Shown: positions 25,316 to 31,565 of the stretch, one piece after another
How the letters are laid out: the number at the start of each line of letters is the position of its first letter
How positions within the stretch are numbered: position 1 is the first letter of the stretch
DNA from: a virus
Lineage: Duplodnaviria > Caudoviricetes
Length of the DNA: 43,162 nt
IMG/VR virus record: IMGVR_UViG_3300038330_000039
Span: 1-43,162 of that record
Strand: one strand, 5' to 3'
Made by a program: the position numbers and the translations under genes
The notes under the pieces: model-generated
What the model was told of the DNA's origin: nothing
The model's input: only the letters and a program-made list of their open reading frames with translations
The model's database searches: none

Positions 25316-25573
25316 CTACTCGCGCGGTCCGTGTTCGTCGCATTGCACCTGATTCGGGACACCGCAGTTGCACTGGCTGCGCGTCCGCGCCTCGTATTCG
25401 TTGATATCCTGCTCCGTCTTGTGTCCAGCGAACAGCTTGCGATCGTCGTAGGCGTTCCAGCCCATATCGCCGAACGCTTCCAGCGCTGCGCGCCGGCTGC
25501 CTGCCTCGAAGTGTTCAATCAGTCGGTCTGTGCCGAGCCAGTGGACGGCGGTGTACGCGATTTGCTTGGTCAT
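25316..25573 (-). CDS. Hypothetical early protein
   Basis: 85 aa; AGGAG SD; first gene after the leftward operator-containing promoter; C-terminal CxC...CxxH. Confidence 0.6.
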   Translation of the reverse strand: MTKQIAYTAVHWLGTDRLIEHFEAGSRRAALEAFGDMGWNAYDDRKLFAGHKTEQDINEYEARTRSQCNCGVPNQVQCDEHGPRE

Positions 25574-25601
25574 GGGTCGGGTCTCCTGTTGAAAGGCCCG
25601 A

Positions 25602-25636
25602 GCGCCGCGGTCGATGTTAGGGGGCGACCGCGGCGC
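25602..25636. promoter_or_regulatory. 12-bp perfect hairpin in the leftward early leader
   Basis: GCGCCGCGGTCG (25602-25613) / CGACCGCGGCGC (25625-25636) with an 11-nt loop. Confidence 0.6.
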
Positions 25637-25651
25637 CGAGCTCGCACCACT

Positions 25652-25700
25652 GTTCTCGCATACCCGTATGCGAGTGGCAAGGTCTCACTGCATCTTTTTT
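25652..25700 (-). promoter_or_regulatory. Leftward early promoter with operator O-L
   Basis: A-tract, TTGCCA (25680-25675), palindrome CTCGCATAC-CC-GTATGCGAG (25655-25674) filling the spacer, weak -10 GAGAAC. Confidence 0.65.
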
Positions 25701-25939
25701 CCGAGGCGGGTCACCCTCCAATTCCCTACAACCCTGGGCCCGAGCACGGCGCCCTTGCGTTTCAGGGCGTCCATGTGGCGCTGCACGCCAGCCTTGGTCA
25801 GGCCCATGTGGTCGCCGAGCTCCTGGAGAGACGGCGCGCGCCCGAGCATGGTCGTGCATTCGATCAGCTGGTCCCGAGTCTTGCGTTCCGTGGGCGTCAA
25901 GCGCTCCAGCGGGACGGGTGGTGTTTTGGTGGTTCCCAT
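25685..25939 (-). CDS. LexA-type winged-HTH DNA-binding protein lacking the peptidase domain (putative repressor)
   Basis: Start re-called at ATG 25939, 84 aa; LTPTERK...GRAPSLQELGDHMGLTKAGVQRHMDALKRKGAV matches the LexA N-terminal domain. Confidence 0.8.
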   Translation of the reverse strand: MGTTKTPPVPLERLTPTERKTRDQLIECTTMLGRAPSLQELGDHMGLTKAGVQRHMDALKRKGAVLGPRVVGNWRVTRLGKKMQ

Positions 25940-25946
25940 GCCGGGC

Positions 25947-25975
25947 GTCCTATCACGTCGTATGCGCGTATGCAA
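25947..25975 (-). promoter_or_regulatory. Putative leaderless promoter of the repressor, overlapping operator half-sites
   Basis: TTGCAT - 17 nt - TAGGAC - 7 nt - ATG; GTATGC(G) half-sites at 25960-25966 and 25968-25973. Confidence 0.5.
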
Positions 25976-26025
25976 ACCCCTGGAGCGTGGCGCGATGCGG
26001 CGTGGAGAAATGCGACGTGGCATCC

Positions 26026-26054
26026 TTGACCGCTAGCACCCGCTAGCGCAAGCT
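26026..26054 (+). promoter_or_regulatory. Promoter of the replication gene, leaderless or near-leaderless
   Basis: TTGACC (26026-26031) - 17 nt - CAAGCT (26049-26054) - 8 nt - ATG 26063; overlapping palindrome CGCTAGC-ACCC-GCTAGCG (26031-26048). Confidence 0.65.
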
Positions 26055-26062
26055 AGGGGCCG

Positions 26063-26914
26063 ATGAGAGAACCCTACCTGCCGCTGTTTACGTCCGTGGT
26101 GCGCTCGTCGCTCTGGTCCCTGCCGGGCGACTGCATCAAGGTATTCTTCACTATCTGCGCCGAGGCCGATCCGGAGGGTTGCTTCAGCGGTTGCGCTGAC
26201 GGAATCCGCAGAATCGCTGACCTTTCGCTCGCCGACACCCTGAAGCACATAGCCACGCTCGAGGCTCCAGACGAGCAAAGCAAGGACAAGACGCGGGACG
26301 CCACGGCCGACGGACGGCGGATCGAGCGCGTCCCCAACGGCTGGCGCGTCCTAAACCTGGAGTGGTATCGGAAAGAAGCCCAGAAACAAGCGGAACTAGC
26401 CAGGAAACGCCGGTGGTGGAACGAGCAAGGCTCAGCTGCTAGACGCGCTGCTAGACGCACCGAAACCGAAACAGATCTAGATAGCTCTTACAGTTCTAGA
26501 TCTTCTCCGGATTTTCCGGATTCAGACGCGCGCGAGCCCGAGGGTCCGGAGCTCCAGCAGGCCAAGCCCCGCGGGCGCACGCCGGGAGCTCGAGGCGTTC
26601 CGGTGTTCGAGTTCCCCCCTGATTGGAAGCCCACCAAGGCTCACCAGCAGCTCGGGCGCGAGCTCGGGTTGACGGACGAGGACATTCTGCAGCGGGCTTT
26701 CCACTGCAAAAACAAGACGTACGAGCATCCGTTCACGGACCCAGACCGGCAATTCAACCGAGAGCTGGCCTGGGCAAAGACCGAAAAAGAAACCGCCACC
26801 CACAAGAAAGAACTTCATGAACGCCGAGCAACTAGAAGCGAAACTCCGGGAGCAACCCGCAGCCCCAACGACAAGCGCCCCCCACCTGTCTTCGGCGGCA
26901 AGCGCTCTGGGTGA
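26063..26914 (+). CDS. Phage replication initiator/replisome organiser
   Basis: 283 aa; N-terminal wHTH-like LFTSVVRSSLW...KVFFTICAEADPEG, basic ARKRRW, low-complexity ETETD linker overlapping DNA repeats, C-terminal FPPDWKP helical domain: lambda O-type organisation. Confidence 0.7.
   Translation: MREPYLPLFTSVVRSSLWSLPGDCIKVFFTICAEADPEGCFSGCADGIRRIADLSLADTLKHIATLEAPDEQSKDKTRDATADGRRIERVPNGWRVLNLEWYRKEAQKQAELARKRRWWNEQGSAARRAARRTETETDLDSSYSSRSSPDFPDSDAREPEGPELQQAKPRGRTPGARGVPVFEFPPDWKPTKAHQQLGRELGLTDEDILQRAFHCKNKTYEHPFTDPDRQFNRELAWAKTEKETATHKKELHERRATRSETPGATRSPNDKRPPPVFGGKRSG
26395..26525. other. Putative replication origin inside the initiator gene
   Basis: Tandem GCTGCTAGACGC x2 (26435-26458), ACCGAA x2, inverted repeat AGATCTAGA/TCTAGATCT (26473-26481/26495-26503), TCCGGATT x2, locally AT-rich. 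Confidence 0.6.
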
Positions 26915-27323
26915 TCCTGAGGCCGCCGCGCGCGCCTACGGCCGCGCCAAGGGGCTCGAGCGCGAAGGGGGCACATTCGTCTGCTGGGAATGCTCGGCGC
27001 CCCTGGAGCCCTTCCACGTGTCGCTGCACTGCGAGTGGTGCCTGGACCAGGGGCGGCAGCGGATACGGGCAGCCCAGGCCTGGTATGACGGGCTCTCGCC
27101 CGGGGACCGGCGCTGGATCAGCATCTCGGAGCGGATCGCGGACCCTAGAGGTATGACCAGAGACGCCGCCGTGCGCCTGTTGGACGCCGCGAAGCAGCGC
27201 CCCGACGCGGCGCCGCATCGACTGGCCTGGGCCGACGCGGCATTCGATAAGCGTTTCGGTTCGGTGCTCCCGGCGCGCGGTGCCTGGACGCCTGACGACG
27301 GGAAGGACTGGCGGGACCAGTGA
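26817..27323 (+). CDS. Zn-finger hypothetical protein (possible replication accessory)
   Basis: 168 aa; CWEC...CEWC; overlaps the initiator 3' end by 98 bp, so the start is uncertain. Confidence 0.5.
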   Translation: MNAEQLEAKLREQPAAPTTSAPHLSSAASALGDPEAAARAYGRAKGLEREGGTFVCWECSAPLEPFHVSLHCEWCLDQGRQRIRAAQAWYDGLSPGDRRWISISERIADPRGMTRDAAVRLLDAAKQRPDAAPHRLAWADAAFDKRFGSVLPARGAWTPDDGKDWRDQ

Positions 27324-27697
27324 GCCAGCTGGACATGTTCGGGGGATTGATCCCAAAGCCGCCCAGGCCGGCGCGGGGGGCCGAGGAGACGGAGGACCAG
27401 TGTTCGGCGCGGGTGGTTCGCGAGGAGATGCGCGCCGCCCGTTCCGCGTACCAGTGCCCAGCGCACGGCCCCGACAGCGTGTGCATGGAGTGCATGGAGT
27501 GTTTCCCGCTCGACCTGCTGGGGTTCGTGCGCTCCAGCGCCGCGGCGGGACGGATGCCGGTGCGGCGCTGCCGGCGCTGCAAGCGTATGCGGACGATGGG
27601 AGAGTGGAACCTACAGGACGGACACCACTGCAAGGACTGCCTGCCTCGTGGGTCGCTGTCCGATGTCGCCCGAGAGTGGAACTTCGGCCGAGTCTGA
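27320..27697 (+). CDS. Cys-rich Zn-binding hypothetical protein
   Basis: 125 aa; CPAH...CMECMEC, CRRC...CKDC; GTGA overlap. Confidence 0.55.
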   Translation: MSQLDMFGGLIPKPPRPARGAEETEDQCSARVVREEMRAARSAYQCPAHGPDSVCMECMECFPLDLLGFVRSSAAAGRMPVRRCRRCKRMRTMGEWNLQDGHHCKDCLPRGSLSDVAREWNFGRV

Positions 27698-27745
27698 AAA
27701 AAAGTTCGATCTGCGCTTGCCTACCGCATACGAGTATGCGAGTCT
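27697..27745 (+). promoter_or_regulatory. Rightward early promoter with operator O-R
   Basis: A-tract (27697-27703), TTGCCT (27717-27722), CGCATAC-GA-GTATGCG (27725-27740), -10 GAGTCT (27740-27745); same geometry as the leftward promoter. Confidence 0.7.
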
Positions 27746-27751
27746 TAGTCC

Positions 27752-27925
27752 GTGGCCCTCCAATACACCGCGACCTACTTCGACACGGACCGTCAATTTC
27801 ACGTCGTTCGGCGTGCCAGCAAAGCCGCTGCGCTCGCCGTCGCCAAGACGCTGCCCGGTCTCGTGCGGGTCGCAACCCCGGCGGGCAACCTGGTGACCTA
27901 CGTTGACAACCGGAAAGGCAACTGA
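27752..27925 (+). CDS. Small leaderless protein (57 aa, not in ORF track)
   Basis: GTG 6 nt after the -10 box; MALQYTATYFDTDRQFHVVRRASKAAALAVAKTLPGLVRVATPAGNLVTYVDNRKGN; GC3-rich codon usage. Confidence 0.6.
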   Translation: MALQYTATYFDTDRQFHVVRRASKAAALAVAKTLPGLVRVATPAGNLVTYVDNRKGN

Positions 27926-27928
27926 CCC

Positions 27929-28252
27929 ATGAGCAACAACACGTACGTGCAGCGCCGCGCCACACTCTCCCGCCTGCTCCGCCAGGTGGAGGACGGCCGG
28001 TGCTCGCTAGAGCATGCCCTCGGCGAGGCGTTCAGCGCCGGCTACCTCCAGGGCAGCGAGCAGGCCGACCTGTCCACGCTGGACGCCGAGATCCTGTCTG
28101 TCATCGCGGCGACCGAAACGCCCGTCATCGAGAGCATTCGCCAGCTGCACCCGACGCTGGCCGAGGCGGTGGACGCAGCCCGACTGGCTGAGATGAATCT
28201 GGCAATCGAAGGGGCCGCCGAGCGCGCGTTCGAGATCGGGTTCGCGCTGTGA
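27929..28252 (+). CDS. Hypothetical protein
   Basis: 107 aa, helical; GAAAGG SD. Confidence 0.6.
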   Translation: MSNNTYVQRRATLSRLLRQVEDGRCSLEHALGEAFSAGYLQGSEQADLSTLDAEILSVIAATETPVIESIRQLHPTLAEAVDAARLAEMNLAIEGAAERAFEIGFAL

Positions 28253-28494
28253 GCCGGCACTACAACCCGCTCGCGGGCGGCAGAAAGGACGATGACCAGC
28301 GCGTCAGCTTGGGGCGCGCAAAGATTCTGTCCACGAGCGACAAGGCGATCCGGGTCCTGCTGGACTCGGACGGCAAAACGCTCTGGGTTCCAGAGAGCCA
28401 GGTCCACGACTGCAGCGAAGTGTTCAAGGGTTGCGACGGTCCGGGCGATCTGGTCGTTACGCTGTGGTGGGCAGAGAAAGAGGGGTTGGCGTGA
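28249..28494 (+). CDS. Small beta-barrel (SH3-like) phage protein
   Basis: 81 aa; TSDKAIRV...LWVPESQV...WWAEKEGL, a widespread phage family pattern. Confidence 0.6.
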   Translation: MSRHYNPLAGGRKDDDQRVSLGRAKILSTSDKAIRVLLDSDGKTLWVPESQVHDCSEVFKGCDGPGDLVVTLWWAEKEGLA

Positions 28495-28742
28495 GACTCG
28501 AACAGATGGCCTCCCGCATCGAAGCGTTAGAGGCACACGTACGCCGGCTGGAGGAGAGCCAGCCGGCGCCGAGCTCGTGCGACATGCGCGCGCCGTTGCC
28601 TGAGCTCGGGCCCGCTCCCGCTGACGAGCTCGAGCGCCTGCGTGGTTACATGATCGACCTGCGCCAAATCTACGACATGAAAGAGCGTCACTGGGGCCAG
28701 GTCGCTGGAATCCTCGGGCGCTGGATGGGAGGCTACCCGTGA
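28491..28742 (+). CDS. Hypothetical protein
   Basis: Start re-called at the GTGA overlap at 28491; 83 aa with an N-terminal coiled coil. Confidence 0.55.
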   Translation: MRLEQMASRIEALEAHVRRLEESQPAPSSCDMRAPLPELGPAPADELERLRGYMIDLRQIYDMKERHWGQVAGILGRWMGGYP

Positions 28743-29083
28743 TCGATCAGCTGCTCGAGGACATTCGCCTGTCTCGCGAGATGGCCGGCAGGCAATTCGG
28801 CTGCAGCGAGCCGGGGTGCCTGTGCTGCGTGAACAACCGGGAGCGCACAGCAGCTCTGGAGCGCCTGATCGAGCGATGCTTTCGGACGGCCGAGCGTTGC
28901 TCGTGCGGCGTGCAGCTGACGTTCGCCGAGAACCCGGACGGCAGCTCTACCTGCTGGTGCTCTCGCTGCAAGCTGAAGGCAGAGCGGGGCGACGGGGACG
29001 GGCATACGATCTTTTTCTACGGCAACGGTTCTACCCGAGCGCGCGCGCTCAGAGATTGGTATGAGGCGTTGAAGCGCTTCTGA
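28739..29083 (+). CDS. Cys-rich Zn-binding hypothetical protein
   Basis: 114 aa; CSEPGCLCC, CSCG...CWCSRC, C-terminal A...W motif reminiscent of Lar-like Zn ribbons. Confidence 0.55.
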   Translation: MIDQLLEDIRLSREMAGRQFGCSEPGCLCCVNNRERTAALERLIERCFRTAERCSCGVQLTFAENPDGSSTCWCSRCKLKAERGDGDGHTIFFYGNGSTRARALRDWYEALKRF

Positions 29084-29113
29084 TTCCGAACAACGAAACG
29101 AAAGGCACAAGCA

Positions 29114-31075
29114 ATGACGCAACCGATTCCCAAGTCGATCGCTCTGGTCGACTTTTCACATATGCTGGTCGTGAACTTCAAAGGCCGCGCGAACGACGCC
29201 GGCCCGAACGACGCAGGGCAGGCCACGATCAACCAGCTGTACTCGATCGCGAACACGGTCGAGCGTGTGGTTGTCTGCCTGGATAAAAAGCCCTATTGGC
29301 GCACGGGCATCTTTCCCGACTACAAGAAAGGCCGGGTCCGCGAACCCGAGCTCGTCAACATCTGGTCGTGGACCATGGAGCGTCTGGCGGCCGACGGGTT
29401 CCAGATGGCGCACGCTGCCGGCGAGGAGGCAGACGACGTTGCGGCCACCCTGGCGGCCGCGTACGCCGGCCTGGGATGCACCGATGTCCGGATCGTCACC
29501 CAGGACAAGGACGTTGCCCAGTGCATCACTGATAGCGTTCGCGTGTACGCGCCCATCCAGGGTAAGAGCGGCGAGTTTGAGATCCGGGATGCTGCCTGGC
29601 TCGCGTCAAAGTACGAAGTGACCCCAGCGAACTTCGCACTGCTGCTCGCGATCATGGGCGACACCAGCGATAACATCCCAGGGATCAAGGGGCTTGGTCA
29701 GAAGATTGGCGCCAAGCTGATCAACAATTACCACACGCCGAAGGGCATGGCCGAGGCCTGCGTTCGAGCGGTGGAGGCTGCCAACATCGACGGCAAGCTG
29801 CCAGACTTCTGGAAAAAGTACGCCGACGGCATGGCGCAGCTGCCGACCTGGCTCCGGCTGACGACGCTGAACACGAAAGCCGAGCTGAACAAGCCGCCGC
29901 TCGAGCTGCTGGAGAAGCTGCCGGCAACCAAGCTCGTGGAGGAGAGCGACCTACCGGGCGACGAGTTGACGGAGGAGGAGGCCGAGGCACTGGCCGAGCT
30001 CGACAAGGACGAGATGCCGGCAGACGAAGCCTGGAGCAACGGACCTACCGCCGAGGAGTTGGCTGCCGAGGCTGCCGTCATGGCAGACGCCACGGGAGCG
30101 CCGGCCATGGTGACCGACAACCTGCGCCGGGAGCGCGTGGCCGACAACATCCAGGAGTCAGACCCGAAGCTGCGAAAGGATCGCGCGGCCGCTCTCGCTC
30201 TCGCCGACCGGGTGATCAGCCCGCCCAAAGCTGCACCGATCATCGGCAAGGACCCAGGCGCAGACGCCGCGCTGCAGAAGCTCGGGGAGGAGAACGCTGC
30301 CCACGCACAGCAGACCAAGAGCGCCGCGCAGCTGCGTCAGGAGCGGGCCGCGGCGATGGGCCCAAAAGCGCCCGCCTCCGTGCCGCCGCCCTCTGCTTCG
30401 CCAGCGGACGCTGCTGCGTCGCCCGCGAGCCCGCCGACTGGTGGCGCCGCTGGTGTCGTGCCGTCCACGCAGGGTCCGCCTAAGCCAGCGCCAGGGGCGA
30501 AGCCGCCGCGCGCCGGTGACGAGATACCGGAGGAGGAAGCCCTTGCGCGCGTCCCCGTTGCTGCTCCCAACTGGGCTCTCGCGGCGCAGCCCATGAGCGC
30601 AAACGCGATGCTGGCAATCGCAAAGGTGCTGTTTAACTCGCGGCTGTTCGCTGACTTTGGATCTGAACGGGGCGTGTTCGCCGTGATGGCCCTGGGGCGC
30701 GAGCTCGGCCTGGGGTACGCCGAGAGCTTGGAGTCATTCTTCATCGTGAAGAACCGGCCGTTCCCCAAGGCCAAATGGATCCTGTCTCGGATGCAGAAGC
30801 ACCCGGATTGCGAATGGTGCGTGATCACTGCTGCGGACGAAAAGGCAGCCACGATCAAAGCGAAGCACAAGAAGTTCCCGGACATACTCTCGATTACGTA
30901 TACGATCGAGATGGCCGAGCAGGCAGGCCACACGACGGGGCCCAACCGGCACAACTGGGAGAAGAACACCCGCTCTATGCTCCGAGCTCGCGCCATCTCC
31001 GCAGGCTGCGGCGACTGGTTCCCGGGAGCGACGTTCGCGATGCACTCGGTAGAGGAGGCGTTGGATAATGAGTAA
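29114..31075 (+). CDS. 5'-3' exonuclease/flap endonuclease fused to a RecT/Red-beta-like single-strand annealing domain
   Basis: 653 aa. N-terminal FEN motifs LVD, CLD, YKKGR, EADD, QDKD, GDTSDNIPGIKGLG (H3TH). Acidic and Pro/Ala linker. C-terminal (~30590-31075) GRELGLG...IVKNRP...YTIEMAEQAG...NWEKNTRSMLRARA...FPG...EE annealase pattern. Confidence 0.8.
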   Translation: MTQPIPKSIALVDFSHMLVVNFKGRANDAGPNDAGQATINQLYSIANTVERVVVCLDKKPYWRTGIFPDYKKGRVREPELVNIWSWTMERLAADGFQMAHAAGEEADDVAATLAAAYAGLGCTDVRIVTQDKDVAQCITDSVRVYAPIQGKSGEFEIRDAAWLASKYEVTPANFALLLAIMGDTSDNIPGIKGLGQKIGAKLINNYHTPKGMAEACVRAVEAANIDGKLPDFWKKYADGMAQLPTWLRLTTLNTKAELNKPPLELLEKLPATKLVEESDLPGDELTEEEAEALAELDKDEMPADEAWSNGPTAEELAAEAAVMADATGAPAMVTDNLRRERVADNIQESDPKLRKDRAAALALADRVISPPKAAPIIGKDPGADAALQKLGEENAAHAQQTKSAAQLRQERAAAMGPKAPASVPPPSASPADAAASPASPPTGGAAGVVPSTQGPPKPAPGAKPPRAGDEIPEEEALARVPVAAPNWALAAQPMSANAMLAIAKVLFNSRLFADFGSERGVFAVMALGRELGLGYAESLESFFIVKNRPFPKAKWILSRMQKHPDCEWCVITAADEKAATIKAKHKKFPDILSITYTIEMAEQAGHTTGPNRHNWEKNTRSMLRARAISAGCGDWFPGATFAMHSVEEALDNE

Positions 31076-31565
31076 GCGAATCGTCATCGTCGGCGGGCCT
31101 CGGTGCGGAAAGAGCATGGAGGCCGAGGCTCTGCGAAAGGGCATGGGAGCGCCGGTGTTCTGCGGCGACCCGCGCTCGAAGGTCAAGGAGCCGCTGGAGC
31201 ACGTCACGTATCTGCCCGAGGATCTGCCGTTCTCCGGCAACGGTGGAGCCGCAGACTGGATCGCGCAGAACTGGTTCAGCATGCCAGGGCCCTGGGTGTG
31301 CGAGGGTCACGTCATGGCGCGGGCGCTGCGCCGCTGGTTCCAGGACGACCTGCTTCGCACGGATGGCAGCGCTGACGCCTCGCTGTACCCGTGCGATCTG
31401 ATCTACGTGTACGAGGAACAGCGGGAGGATTGCGACGTGAAGCCGGGGCAGGTCGCCATGCACAAAGGCGTCATGCGCGTTTGGTCTGAAGTGGCGCTCT
31501 ACTTCGAGCCGATCACGGTGTACCGATCGGGCGACGGCCCCGGAGAGATACGCAGCAGCTTCTAG
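31068..31565 (+). CDS. P-loop NTPase, nucleoside monophosphate kinase-like
   Basis: 165 aa; RIVIVGGPRCGKS Walker A at the N-terminus, WVCEG Walker B-like strand. Confidence 0.7.
   Translation: MSKRIVIVGGPRCGKSMEAEALRKGMGAPVFCGDPRSKVKEPLEHVTYLPEDLPFSGNGGAADWIAQNWFSMPGPWVCEGHVMARALRRWFQDDLLRTDGSADASLYPCDLIYVYEEQREDCDVKPGQVAMHKGVMRVWSEVALYFEPITVYRSGDGPGEIRSSF

Noticed and set aside
25685-25939. Host lexA gene or SOS box regulation
   Set aside because: Only the DNA-binding domain is present, and the palindrome does not resemble the E. coli or Gram-positive SOS boxes; treated as a phage regulator.
29114-29950. DNA polymerase I
   Set aside because: Only the 5'-nuclease domain is present; no 3'-5' exonuclease or polymerase A motifs follow.
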